Assembly: GCA_963745835.1 (NCBI GenBank)
Contig: CAVUZH010000013.1
Location: 256,001-320,000, forward strand
Direction of reading: 5' to 3'
DNA from: an uncultured delta proteobacterium
GTDB taxonomy: Bacteria; Desulfobacterota; Binatia; UBA9968
DNA: 64,000 bases
Made by a program: the position numbers and the translations under genes. The notes under the pieces were generated by a model, which was given only the letters and a program-made list of their open reading frames with translations, made no database searches and had not been told where the DNA came from. Position 1 is the stretch's first letter. Each line of letters begins with the position of its first letter. Shown piece by piece: positions 10,549 through 20,617 of the stretch.

Positions 10549-11556
10549 ATGAAGCGCCATTGGGAAATCGTTCTCTTGAGCCTGGCCATGGCCCTCTGGC
10601 CGTTGTCAAGATTGGCCGCGGCGCAAGAACTTGAGAAGCTCGCCATCGGCCATTCTAACCTGCGCAACGATATCGCCGCGCTCTGGATACCTAAAGACCT
10701 CGGCATCTTCCGCAAGAACGGCTTAGATGCCAACATCGTCCTGATTACCGGCGGTCAACGCATGACTCAAGCGCTCCTCTCCAGTTCCGCCCCGCTGGGA
10801 TTTACCGGAGCCACACCGGTGGTCACAGCCGTTGCCGGCGGCGCCGATACCGTGATGATCCTCGGCATCAATAACAAATTGACTTACGACATTTGGGCAA
10901 AGCCCGACGTCAAAAAGCCGGAGGACTTAAAAGGCAAGACTCTCGCGATCAGCAGCTTTGGCAGCTCATCGCATGTGGCATCGTTTCTCATGCTGCAACA
11001 CTTCAAACTCGATGAGAAACGCGACCGCATCACATTTTTGGCCATCGGCGATGAACCAACTCGGGCGCAAGCGTTGATCGCTGGAAGAATCGACGCTACG
11101 ATTATAGACCCGTCCGTCTCGCTGCAGATCAAAGACCGCGGTTTTACCTATCTCGGCAACCTCGAGCCCCTGGGAGTTCCCTTCGTCAACAACGCGCTGG
11201 TGTCCACTCGCGCATTCCTAAAAGAAAGGCCTCGCGCGGCGGAGGCTGTCGTCCGATCCATCGTCGAAGGCAATGCCTTCATGCTCAACCCGGCCAACCG
11301 GGCGAAAGTCACCGAGATCCTGGCCAAGCATCTCCGGCTAAGCGGCGAGGAAGCCAGACGGACGTATGAAGACTTACTGCCCAAGGTCGAAGCCAGGCCT
11401 TACCCGAACATGGACGCCGTCAAAGCGACGATCGAGATCATGGGTTCGCGCAATCCCAAGATCGCCCGGTTGAAACCGCAAGATGTCCTCGACACTTCGA
11501 TTCTTGAGCGCCTCGAGCAAAGCGGATCGATTCGCTCGGAATCGGCAAAACAATAG
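10549..11556 (+). CDS. NitT/TauT/NMT1-type substrate-binding protein
   Basis: Signal peptide; GIFRKNGLD; LKGKTLAISSFGSSS. Confidence 0.88.
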   Translation: MKRHWEIVLLSLAMALWPLSRLAAAQELEKLAIGHSNLRNDIAALWIPKDLGIFRKNGLDANIVLITGGQRMTQALLSSSAPLGFTGATPVVTAVAGGADTVMILGINNKLTYDIWAKPDVKKPEDLKGKTLAISSFGSSSHVASFLMLQHFKLDEKRDRITFLAIGDEPTRAQALIAGRIDATIIDPSVSLQIKDRGFTYLGNLEPLGVPFVNNALVSTRAFLKERPRAAEAVVRSIVEGNAFMLNPANRAKVTEILAKHLRLSGEEARRTYEDLLPKVEARPYPNMDAVKATIEIMGSRNPKIARLKPQDVLDTSILERLEQSGSIRSESAKQ

Positions 11557-11564
11557 GAGCGAAC

Positions 11565-12662
11565 ATGATTTTTCTTACCAATGCTCACGTTGAGCAGGTT
11601 CTCGACATGCCCACCTGCATTCAAGCGATGGAGGAGGCATACCACGAGCTTAATCAATTGCGCGCCGGTTACCGGCCGCGGATCGATTTCTATGTTCCGC
11701 AAGAACCTCACTACTATCGTTGGGGAACCATGGAAGGCGCATCGCGCAAGCTTGGCGTCTTCGCCATCCGCATGAAATCAGACATGCTGGCGTGGGAAAA
11801 CAAAGACGGCTTCATCGTCGAGGATAAATACTGCATCGAGCGCGGAACCTATTGCGGCCTGATATTTCTCACCAGCACACGCAACGGCGAGCCCTTGGCG
11901 ATCATCAACGACGGTTACCTCCAGCATATGCGGGTCGGCGCCTGCGCCGGGCTGGGAACCAAATACCTGGCGCGGCAGAACTCGAAAGTATTGGCGATGA
12001 TCGGCTCCGGCGGCATGGCGCGGACCTATGCCGAAGCGATCAAACACGTCAAACCCATCGAAGTCATGCGCGTATTCAGCCCGACCAAAGCCAACCGCGA
12101 AGCTTATGCCGCTGAAATGACCGAGAAGCTGGACATGGAAGTGATCGCCGTTGACTCGCCGGAAAAAGCGCTTAAAGGCGCCGACGTGGTTGCCCTAACC
12201 ACCGACTCGCTGGTTCCGGTGATCAAGGCCGACTGGCTCGAGCCCGGAATGCATATCAATAATGTGCGCAATAACGAAGCCGGTCCTGACGTTCTAAAGC
12301 GGGCCGACGTGATCGCCCGCCTCGGCACATCCACTCTGTTCGCCGACCGCAACGCTCCGGAAGTAACCACGGGCAGCGACGGCATGTTCGGCTACATCGC
12401 CGGCAACGCCGAGGAAAAAAACAAGATTCCCTCGGCGCCGCATTACGAAATCGACAACCCGGGGATCGGCACCGTGCCCGATGTGATGGCCGGCCGTTGG
12501 ATTGGCCGCGCCAATGATCAACAGATCACGTTTTTAAACAATCAGGGAACGCAAGGCCTGCAGTTCGCCGCCGTCGGCGGCACGGCTTACAATCTGGCGC
12601 GCGCTAAAGGTCTTGGACATCCGCTGCCGCTGGAATGGTTCACGCAGAATATACGGGATTAG
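11565..12662 (+). CDS. Ornithine cyclodeaminase/mu-crystallin family protein
   Basis: TRNGEPLAIINDGYLQHMRVGA, IGSGGMA Rossmann motif, WLEPGMHI. Confidence 0.88.
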   Translation: MIFLTNAHVEQVLDMPTCIQAMEEAYHELNQLRAGYRPRIDFYVPQEPHYYRWGTMEGASRKLGVFAIRMKSDMLAWENKDGFIVEDKYCIERGTYCGLIFLTSTRNGEPLAIINDGYLQHMRVGACAGLGTKYLARQNSKVLAMIGSGGMARTYAEAIKHVKPIEVMRVFSPTKANREAYAAEMTEKLDMEVIAVDSPEKALKGADVVALTTDSLVPVIKADWLEPGMHINNVRNNEAGPDVLKRADVIARLGTSTLFADRNAPEVTTGSDGMFGYIAGNAEEKNKIPSAPHYEIDNPGIGTVPDVMAGRWIGRANDQQITFLNNQGTQGLQFAAVGGTAYNLARAKGLGHPLPLEWFTQNIRD

Positions 12663-12773
12663 AGAAAGTTGCAGTGATGGAGAGCTGGAGTTATGGCAAA
12701 AACACTCGAATCTATTTTCTGATTCCCAGCGTTTCTCCCTGACTCGGTACTCCATCTCAAGGAGGATTCATTT

Positions 12774-13568
12774 ATGGCGGTTCTTCGCTACATCGCTTAT
12801 CTCAGCGATGATCCGGAAAAAACAAGCGACTTCTATCGTCGCTTTCTCGGCACCGAAGAACTGGGCCGCTCAGGCGAAGGCGAAATCTCGATTACCGATG
12901 GATTCTACAATCTGACGTTTTTCAAAAGGCGCGCTCAATTAAACGAATTGAAAATGGAGTGCGGCCTGCATCATATCGGTTTGGCAGTCGATGATCTGGA
13001 AGAAAGTAAAGGACGGTTTCTAGCTCTGAATCCGCGCGGCATGATCCTCCAGGAGCCCGACGATATTCATCACGGAGAGATCAGAATTCACGACCCCGAA
13101 TGTTTTCCGGTTAGCTTGTCGACCCGGCAATTCGGCGTGCCGGCTGAAAAAGAAAAGCAGTTCCCCCGGGTCCGTCATATCGCCTACAACGCTTTGGATC
13201 CGGAGATGATGCTGCGCTTCTACACTCAAGTCTTCGGCATGCGCGAGGTGCCGTCAAGCTACCAGCGGCGGCAGCAAGGCCGGGGCAACCGGTTTTGCGG
13301 CGACGGCCAGACCAATCTGGCAATACACCCGTTCTACAACCCCATCGAAGGCCATGAGGCGAAATTCGGCATCAATCATGTCGGGTTTCTCACCAACACG
13401 ATGGAGGCGACCTTAGCCGAATTGCGCAAAGTGTTGAACATCGCGCCTCGCCCATCGACCCGACCCTACGCCGAAGTCCGATTCCGCGATCCGGAAGGCA
13501 ACGCGCTGGATTTGTCGCAGACCAAAGGCTGGGAGGTGGATGTGAACAAATGGGTCAGTGCGGCCTAG
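12774..13568 (+). CDS. Two-domain VOC/glyoxalase family protein
   Basis: Tandem VOC domains (GLHHIGLAVDDL; RVRHIA...GINHVGF...FRDPEGN). Confidence 0.85.
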   Translation: MAVLRYIAYLSDDPEKTSDFYRRFLGTEELGRSGEGEISITDGFYNLTFFKRRAQLNELKMECGLHHIGLAVDDLEESKGRFLALNPRGMILQEPDDIHHGEIRIHDPECFPVSLSTRQFGVPAEKEKQFPRVRHIAYNALDPEMMLRFYTQVFGMREVPSSYQRRQQGRGNRFCGDGQTNLAIHPFYNPIEGHEAKFGINHVGFLTNTMEATLAELRKVLNIAPRPSTRPYAEVRFRDPEGNALDLSQTKGWEVDVNKWVSAA

Positions 13569-13574
13569 CGCTCA

Positions 13575-13610
13575 TCAACGTTCAAAGTTTAACCCTTCAA
13601 CGTTCAAAGC
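13575..13610. repeat. Short GTTCAA-type repeat
   Basis: tcaacgttcaaag occurs twice. Confidence 0.5.
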
Positions 13611-13750
13611 CAGAATTGAATCGATCCAGTAGCATTGTGGTACGAAAGCTAATTTGTTTTAGCCCGGATTCCGCAGTAGAGATGGATACCTTAGAGTGAT
13701 CGAGGGGCGAGCATGGAGGAGCGAAGGCACAGAAGCGAACAATTTCAAAG

Positions 13751-13932
13751 CCGTGTATGGTGCTTGCCCTGGGCTGGCAATTTTTTTCAAGCGTCCGCTA
13801 AAGCACTGGAGCTTGCAGGCCACTATCAGCCACAGACCTATTGCCTTGGTTCCGGAGGGTTCGTCCCTTGATCGCTGTGTCATCCTGAACTGCGGGGATT
13901 CGGGTGTAGTTCAACTCCATCGGACAGCCTGC
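13751..13932 (-). ncRNA. Candidate structured non-coding RNA or orphan IS110-like non-coding end
   Basis: Several helices visible by eye: GCUGU/ACAGC enclosing UGAACU/AGUUCA; AGGG/CCCU; AGGUC/GGCCU; GUGC/GCAC enclosing AGCG/CGCU and UUGCC/GGCAA. No credible ORF. Confidence 0.35.
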
Positions 13933-13994
13933 ATCACTCGATTTAACGTTGACTGCATGCGCGCACTCTCATCATCGAGAAAGTAGGAGATAAC

Positions 13995-15008
13995 ATGAAA
14001 GGCACAAGAACCATTGCGGCCAGTTTGACGATGCTGCTTTCGTTGCTGTCGCAATTTAAAATTTCTATAGCAGCGTCCGCACCTTTAGAAAAACTTACCA
14101 TTGGCTGGAGCGCCGTCGCCGGCTCGCAGGCGCCATTTTGGATCACCAAGGAGGCCGGCCTGTTCGAGAAAAACGGCCTTGACGTGATCATGATCTACCT
14201 CGACGGCGGCTCGCGAGCGACCCAAGCGATGATGTCCGGCGATCTGCCCATCGCCCAGGTCGGCGGCAACGCCCCTGTCGTCGCCAAGCTTCGAGGAGCT
14301 GACGTAACCCTGATCAGCGGGCTGCTAAACGTTCTCGCCTACAGCATGGTGGTTTCGCCGGAGATTAAACGGCCAGAGGATCTGAGGGGCAAAAAGCTCA
14401 CAGTCAGCCGTTTCGGATCCAATTCGGACTATGCCACCAGAAAGATACTGCTCAAATGGGGCCTCAAGCCCGACGTTGATGTGGCGATTTTGCAGATCCC
14501 CGGCGGGCAACCCACCCGGCTCGCGGCAATTCAAACCAAGCAGGTACACGGCATGGTCGCGCAACCTCCAGTAACCAACATGGCTCGTAAATTCAATATG
14601 AACATTATCGCGCAACCTGAGGATTTCGGCGGGGCTTATCCCACCACTCCTGTCGCATCGCGGGTTTCCTACATCCGGGAAAGGCGCGACACTGTGCGTA
14701 AATTCACCCGAGCCCTGCTCGAAGGCATCCACCTCTATAAGACCGACAAGGAATTCAGCAAAAAAGTGATCGGAAAATATGTCAAGACCAACGATAACGA
14801 CGCCTTGGAGGACAGCTACCAATTCTTCTCTCGCCTGGTGCCGGAGAAACCGTATCCATCACTCGATTCCGTCAAAGAAGCGCTGGCGGAGCTCGGCGAG
14901 AAAGACGCCAAAGCGCGCGCCTCGCGTCCGGAAGATTTCGTCGATATGAGTCTGATCAAAGAGTTCGATGACAACGGTTTTATCGACGGGCTGTATAAAA
15001 AGCGTTAG
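13995..15008 (+). CDS. NitT/TauT/NMT1-type substrate-binding protein
   Basis: Signal peptide; GLFEKNGLDV; LRGKKLTVSRFGSNSD. Confidence 0.88.
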   Translation: MKGTRTIAASLTMLLSLLSQFKISIAASAPLEKLTIGWSAVAGSQAPFWITKEAGLFEKNGLDVIMIYLDGGSRATQAMMSGDLPIAQVGGNAPVVAKLRGADVTLISGLLNVLAYSMVVSPEIKRPEDLRGKKLTVSRFGSNSDYATRKILLKWGLKPDVDVAILQIPGGQPTRLAAIQTKQVHGMVAQPPVTNMARKFNMNIIAQPEDFGGAYPTTPVASRVSYIRERRDTVRKFTRALLEGIHLYKTDKEFSKKVIGKYVKTNDNDALEDSYQFFSRLVPEKPYPSLDSVKEALAELGEKDAKARASRPEDFVDMSLIKEFDDNGFIDGLYKKR

Positions 15009-15375
15009 TTGGCAGGGTTCGAGATAAGCCATTTAGTACTGTTTGGTAGCGATCTGGCGTGCAATAACGACCAAGGTTTGGACTCAATTCCCTGTCCATC
15101 CGGTTGAGATTACATCTTTACAACCCATCCGCCGCGTTATAGAAAGTGATCTCCTTACTGGTTATTGCTTCAGTTAGCTATCCTGCAGTGATGTCGGTGA
15201 AGATATCGACCGGATCAACCGCCCAGGCGTCAGAACAGCTTTCCTGATGCTGTGGATGTCATGGGAGCTTAGATGTCGAGCATGCTTCTAACCGTCAGCC
15301 CAAATTCCATAGACGGGGCTGCCCAATCATTTAAGCGTCAGTTGTGATCGGTAAAATCTCGCAAAGGCGATACCG

Positions 15376-18300
15376 ATGAACGATCATCGAAGTGCAGAGT
15401 TAAAAGATCAGCGGCTATCTGTCGATCAGGTACTGAACACTTCCGAGCTGTTTCGGCGTACCTCGCGCGCGCCCGAATATGCGGCCGAGAACCGCGCGCT
15501 GACCGCGTTGGCGCAGGCGATGAAGCAATCGTCGCGGACTTTTTTGCAAAAGTTGGCGGACATCGCGCTCGAGCTGTGCCACGCCGACTCCGCCGGGATC
15601 AGCATCCTGGAAGAAAGCGAGCGCGCCCGCGTGTTCCGTTGGTGCGCCGTAGCCGGTCGTTATGCGCCGAACATCAATACGCGGATGCCGCGCGACGGGT
15701 GCCCGTGCGGAACCGTGCTCGAACGGGACTCTGTCCTTCTATTCAATCGCCCTGAACGGCACTTCCTCGCCCTGCGGGAGATGAACTTACCGGCCTTCGA
15801 AAATCTCTCGGTGCCATTTCACAGCGGTGGCGAACCGGCGGGGACGCTGTGGGTTCTGGCTCATACTCCAGAGCGGAAGTTCGATGCCGAGGATGCGCGG
15901 CTGCTGACCAGCCTGTCCCGTTTCGCATCCGCGGCATACGCCATGATCGGCACCGTCGAAGCCGCCGCTTCCAAGCACACCGACGAAGAGTTGCCTGAAA
16001 GCGAAGAGGAATTCCGTGCGGTGTTTGAGCTCTCGAGTGTCGGCCAGTGCCAGGTCGATCCGATCACTGGACGCCTCGTCCGAGTAAACCGCAAAATGTG
16101 CGAGATGACCGGCTACTCCGCGGAAGAATTGACTCAGCGCACAACCGGTGAACTGACGCATCCGGATCATCGCGAGACCACCGCGGTTTTACTGCAGCAG
16201 CTATCGCGCGGCGAGATCCGGGCGATCTCTATCGAAACCAAGTTGCTACGCAAGGATGGCTCGACTTTCTGGAATCACCTCAATGTGAGTCTGCTGCGGC
16301 GCGCTGCGGGGCACGCGCCTCGTGCCACCGCGATTTTCCGCAACATTTCGGCGCGCAAGCAAGCTGAACAAAAGCTGTATGAAGCGGAGGAGCGCTTGCG
16401 ACTTGCCACGCAAGCTGCCGGGGTGTTTGCGTGGGATGTCGATCTATTGACCGGTACGATTAAATACTCAGAGAACATGGCACAGGTGTTCGGTTACGAG
16501 TCACTGCCGGAAAAATACTCATATGCGCACGAAGCAAAGACAGTGATTCACCCGGCCGACCGTGAGCGGGTCAAACAAGCGTCGCAACGTGCCTACGAAG
16601 AAAACGGAACGTTCTCGGCTGAGTTTCGCGCCGAAGCCGCTGGCGGTCGGTATGTTTGGGTCCAATGTAACGGAACGGTTTTGCGCGATGCACACGGCAA
16701 CCCCGTACGCTTTGTCGGCATTGTGCAAAACATCGACGACCGAAAACGAGCGGAACAAGCGTTGCAAGCATCCCAAGAGCGCCTCGGTCGCGCGATACAG
16801 ATAGAAACCGTAGGAGTCACTTTTTTCAAGACCGACGGCACCATCACTGAGGCCAACGACGCCTTCCTGCGTATGAGCGGCTATAGCCGCGGTGATTTGG
16901 AACACGGGCACGTGCGGCGGGACAGGATGACTCCGCCCGAGTGGATGGGGCAATCACTGCAGGCGGTGGAGGAGTTCAATACGAGGGGCCGCACGATTCC
17001 CTACGAGAAGCAATACATTCGCAAGGACGGATCGCGCTGCTGGGCTTTGTTCGCCGCCACGCGGATTGCGGCAGATGAGGGCGTCGAGTTTCTTATCGAC
17101 GTCACCGAAAGCAAACTGGCGCAAGAAAAATTGCGCGAAAGCGAAGAACGTTTTCGCACGATGGCTGACAGTTCCCCGATGATGATTTGGGTAACCGATG
17201 CCGCCGGTCGCATCGAATTCGTTAATCGATCCTATCTGGAGTTCTTCGGGATTAGCCGTGAAAGAGCCGCGCAGCTGGACTGGTCGGAAATTATTGATTC
17301 CGATGATCGAGAATACCTAGAAGAATTCAGGGTTGCGCTGCGTGATCGACAGCCGCTGCACGCGCGGGGGCGGGTGAAACGGCATGATGGTGAATGGCGC
17401 TGGATCGCATCGCGTGGCAATCCACGCCTCGGCCCCGCGGGCAAAGTGACCGGCTATGTCGGTAGTTCGGCGGATGTCACGGAGCTGATCAAATCACAGG
17501 AAGCATTGCGGGAAGCCGACAGACGCAAGGATGAATTTCTCGCGACACTCGCGCATGAGCTGCGGAATCCGCTCGCGCCTATTCGAAACAGCCTGCAAAT
17601 CCTCAGGCTCAGAGGTTCTACCGAGCCGGCCACTGAGCAGGTTTACGAGATAATGGAACGTCAGGTGAATCAGATGGTGCGCTTGGTCGATGATTTGCTG
17701 GAAATATCCCGCATCACGCGCGGTCAAATCGAACTACGCAAAGAGCGCGTTTCACTGACAACCGTGATCCAGAGCGCGGTGGAAGTCAGCAAACCCCTGA
17801 TCGAGGACGCCGGCCATCATCTCGCGATCTCGCTGCCGCCTGAGCCGCTCACGTTCGAAGCCGATCCTGTGCGGCTGGAGCAGATCGTTTCGAACCTCCT
17901 CAATAATGCCGCCAAGTATACCAATCCTGGAGGGCGCATCTGGCTCGCCGCGCAGCGCGAGAGCGATCATGTAGTGATCTCGGTGCGCGATAGCGGCATC
18001 GGCATCTTGCCGGATATGTTGCCCCGTATCTTTGAAATGTTCACGCAGATCGAGCATTCGACCAACCGAACTCAGGGCGGGCTGGGTATCGGACTCACTC
18101 TGGTTCGCAGCCTGGTGGAAATGCATGGTGGCAAGGTCGAGGCTCGAAGCGAAGGTCCGGGTAAGGGCAGCGAATTTATTGTTCGCCTACCGCCCGGTGA
18201 GAACGCCCGAAGCGAAATTGTTCGTGACGGTATGCGGCACTTCGGGAAGCTATCTTCCAAGCGGGTGTTAGTGGTCGATGACAACCGGGATGCGGCCAAT

Positions 18301-18642
18301 AGTCTCGGCAAGCTGCTCAATTTGGCAGGAGCCGAAGCTCGGGCGGTCTACAATGGCTTCGCAGCGCTGGAGCTACTCCCAACGTATCAGCCCGGCGTGC
18401 TGCTAGTCGATATCGGCATGCCCGACATGGACGGATACGAGTTGGCGCGCAGAGTTCGACGAATCCCGGACTATGGAGATCTCACGCTGATTGCATTAAC
18501 AGGCTGGGGCCAGGCCGAGGATCGCCAGCGCTCGCAAGCCGCCGGATTCGATTTCCATCTCACCAAACCCGCCGACTTTGAAACGTTGCAAACGTTGCTT
18601 GATTCGCTGCAAGATCCGCAAAAAAACCGAACGAGACACTGA
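15376..18642 (+). CDS. Hybrid sensor histidine kinase (GAF, 4 PAS/PAC, HisKA, HATPase, REC)
   Basis: GAF domain, repeated PAS/PAC motifs (RKDGS..W), LAHELRNPL, NLLNNAAKYT, GGLGIGL, C-terminal receiver. Confidence 0.95.
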   Translation: MNDHRSAELKDQRLSVDQVLNTSELFRRTSRAPEYAAENRALTALAQAMKQSSRTFLQKLADIALELCHADSAGISILEESERARVFRWCAVAGRYAPNINTRMPRDGCPCGTVLERDSVLLFNRPERHFLALREMNLPAFENLSVPFHSGGEPAGTLWVLAHTPERKFDAEDARLLTSLSRFASAAYAMIGTVEAAASKHTDEELPESEEEFRAVFELSSVGQCQVDPITGRLVRVNRKMCEMTGYSAEELTQRTTGELTHPDHRETTAVLLQQLSRGEIRAISIETKLLRKDGSTFWNHLNVSLLRRAAGHAPRATAIFRNISARKQAEQKLYEAEERLRLATQAAGVFAWDVDLLTGTIKYSENMAQVFGYESLPEKYSYAHEAKTVIHPADRERVKQASQRAYEENGTFSAEFRAEAAGGRYVWVQCNGTVLRDAHGNPVRFVGIVQNIDDRKRAEQALQASQERLGRAIQIETVGVTFFKTDGTITEANDAFLRMSGYSRGDLEHGHVRRDRMTPPEWMGQSLQAVEEFNTRGRTIPYEKQYIRKDGSRCWALFAATRIAADEGVEFLIDVTESKLAQEKLRESEERFRTMADSSPMMIWVTDAAGRIEFVNRSYLEFFGISRERAAQLDWSEIIDSDDREYLEEFRVALRDRQPLHARGRVKRHDGEWRWIASRGNPRLGPAGKVTGYVGSSADVTELIKSQEALREADRRKDEFLATLAHELRNPLAPIRNSLQILRLRGSTEPATEQVYEIMERQVNQMVRLVDDLLEISRITRGQIELRKERVSLTTVIQSAVEVSKPLIEDAGHHLAISLPPEPLTFEADPVRLEQIVSNLLNNAAKYTNPGGRIWLAAQRESDHVVISVRDSGIGILPDMLPRIFEMFTQIEHSTNRTQGGLGIGLTLVRSLVEMHGGKVEARSEGPGKGSEFIVRLPPGENARSEIVRDGMRHFGKLSSKRVLVVDDNRDAANSLGKLLNLAGAEARAVYNGFAALELLPTYQPGVLLVDIGMPDMDGYELARRVRRIPDYGDLTLIALTGWGQAEDRQRSQAAGFDFHLTKPADFETLQTLLDSLQDPQKNRTRH

Positions 18643-18835
18643 GCTGCGTCCACGCGCGCACCCGCGGAAGTTCCGAGTCCCTTCGGTTTAAATGGCCGGT
18701 GAGCAAACTAGCTCTGACAAGACCTATGCGTCGCGCCAGAAATTTGTCGTTGACAGTTCTCCATTCCGGCTTATCTAGAGCTTCGATTGTCTGTAGGTCG
18801 TTCCGCGCAGCAGCGGATCACTTTCGCGGCGCTTT

Positions 18836-19426
18836 TCATTCGTGGAATCGGCGAGTCGCGACAGCGGCCGCTTCTTTGACCTGCGGCAGAGGACAGAAAT
18901 TGTTTGCCTCCACTCCGAACACTGGATTGAACTTGCTACGAAAATTTTCCAAAGCAATGACCGCCGCTAATTCCACCAATTCCTCGTCGGTGAAGTGTTC
19001 ATTGAGCCGATTGAAGAACTCATCCGTAACCCGTCGTTCCGTGTAGGTCATCCGCTCGGCTAACTCCAGCGCCAACCGCTCGCGCAATGAAAACAGCGGA
19101 TTCTCCTTGTAATCTCCCAGCACTGCTTCGACTTTCTCCGCGGAAGCCCCATTTTGCATCGCACTGGATGCGTTACTGTCAATTCAAAATGGGCAGCCGT
19201 TGATATTGGCGGTCTTAACACAGAGAAGGTGCTTTAATTCGGGCGAAATGAGCCCTGACTCCTGAATCCCTTGAGCCAGTGCCTGAACTCCCCTCTGAAT
19301 TGTCGGTCTTAACGCATAGACTTTCGCAGTATTCGAAACCACGCCCAGGCGCTTCTTCTGCGCTTCAAAAACTTCTCGCACCTCGTCATTCGCTTCACTT
19401 TCGGTTATGCCTTTGATTCTCGCCAT
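18836..19426 (-). CDS. AhpD/carboxymuconolactone-decarboxylase-like protein, putative selenoprotein (CPFU)
   Basis: ATG 19426 after GGAGGG. The two track ORFs 19184-19495 and 18836-19159 are in frame and join across TGA 19184-19186 as ...ANINGCPF-U-IDSNASSAMQNG..., 196 aa. The UGA sits at the second Cys of the family CxxC. Confidence 0.85.
19156..19171 (-). promoter_or_regulatory. Candidate SECIS hairpin of the AhpD-like gene
   Basis: GCAUC-CAGUGC-GAUGC starting 12 nt after the UGA; CCAUUUU/AAAAUGG can form an outer stem over the UGA. Confidence 0.5.
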
Positions 19427-19649
19427 ACTCCCTCCGCGCTCGATATCTAAATTGTGTTTCGCAACACTGTTACACGAAATCCGATGGTCTTCCACAAAGA
19501 TGCAAATCTCGCCTGACTCGATTTAGCTCCGACTGCTGCAGCTGGAGCGAATCTATCATACGGTTGCGCTGGATAGTTAACGTGTTTCGAGATGACATCT
19601 AGAATAACAATTCATCCCAGCAGCATGAGAGTTGTTGATCGCGGATGAG

Positions 19650-20138
19650 TCAACTCGCCGGCAGCCCCAACGCAAAGGCAATTTGCCTGAGCACATTTTT
19701 CTCGGCGTCTGAGATGCGTTCCCCGCCAATTCCGAAGATACCGCCTTCGTTCGAAGCCTCGGCGACGCGTTCGCCGACGGCTAGCAGCCATTTTTTGAAC
19801 TCATCGGCTTCATCGGCTTTGGCCTTACGGCTAACGATATCATTTACCGCCCTTATGTGATTCAACGCCAACTCCTTTGCCTGCTCCGGATCTTTGATGC
19901 CCTGAGGAGGCTCCGGTTTGGTTTGCCGCTCTTTCAAATCCGCAGCCAACTCGGCAATCAGCGGATTGGAACTGCCCTTTTGCAGCATCTCCGCCATAGC
20001 CATTCCCATCGATAACATCTCCTTCAGCACCCCCCAAGGCCCGTTGGGGCTGGCACAGGTAACCGCTAGTCCGACCATTGGCGCAGCGGCAACAATCATT
20101 TTCCATTCTTCCGTAGTGAAATCGCTTTTTCTTGCCAC
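19650..20138 (-). CDS. Hypothetical helical protein
   Basis: GTG start after GGAGG; protein-like composition (FTTEEW...VAEASNEGGIFGIGGERISDAE). Confidence 0.75.
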   Translation of the reverse strand: MARKSDFTTEEWKMIVAAAPMVGLAVTCASPNGPWGVLKEMLSMGMAMAEMLQKGSSNPLIAELAADLKERQTKPEPPQGIKDPEQAKELALNHIRAVNDIVSRKAKADEADEFKKWLLAVGERVAEASNEGGIFGIGGERISDAEKNVLRQIAFALGLPAS

Positions 20139-20229
20139 TGGAATTGCCTCCTGGTCTAAGAGTCAGTTGTTGTGTCGCTGAGATCATGCGGCGATGAAGT
20201 CTGTAAACAACATGAAAGATATTAGGCTG

Positions 20230-20583
20230 TCACCTGGCATCCTCCACCCGAACCAGCTCGATGACCCACCGTATTACCGCATTCGGCGGGATCCGGCCGT
20301 CCCTCGTACCTTCTCGATACGCAAGGTGCGGACTCACGCGCGCCTCCCTGGTTCCGCCTTCGCGCATTCCTATGACACTAGTTTCAAGCATGGCGGTGGG
20401 ATCCCGCCGCCCGACTTCGAATCGATACTCGTCGCCAGGTTGATCATCGGAGCTGGCTATTTTCTCGCCTCGGTTTAGAAAACCCTGGTATTTGATCACG
20501 GCAAAGCTTCCAGGCTCTGCCCCTCGACCGGCGCCAATACTAAGATCCCTAATTTTGATGCCCTTCTTTTGCTTTAGGTTCAC
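20230..20583 (-). CDS. FKBP-type peptidyl-prolyl isomerase-like protein (divergent)
   Basis: DLSIGAG, IKYQGFL, GMREGGTR...PHLAY...IPPNAVIRWVIELV; several canonical pocket residues look substituted; start approximate. Confidence 0.75.
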   Translation of the reverse strand: MNLKQKKGIKIRDLSIGAGRGAEPGSFAVIKYQGFLNRGEKIASSDDQPGDEYRFEVGRRDPTAMLETSVIGMREGGTREARVSPHLAYREGTRDGRIPPNAVIRWVIELVRVEDAR

Positions 20584-20617
20584 CAAGAGAGAGCCTGAGT
20601 TAGGATCGTGGTGCGCG

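Noticed and set aside
15009-15375. Possible riboswitch upstream of the large kinase (cagccc/gggctg hairpin)
   Set aside because: Only one short hairpin, with no recognisable aptamer consensus.
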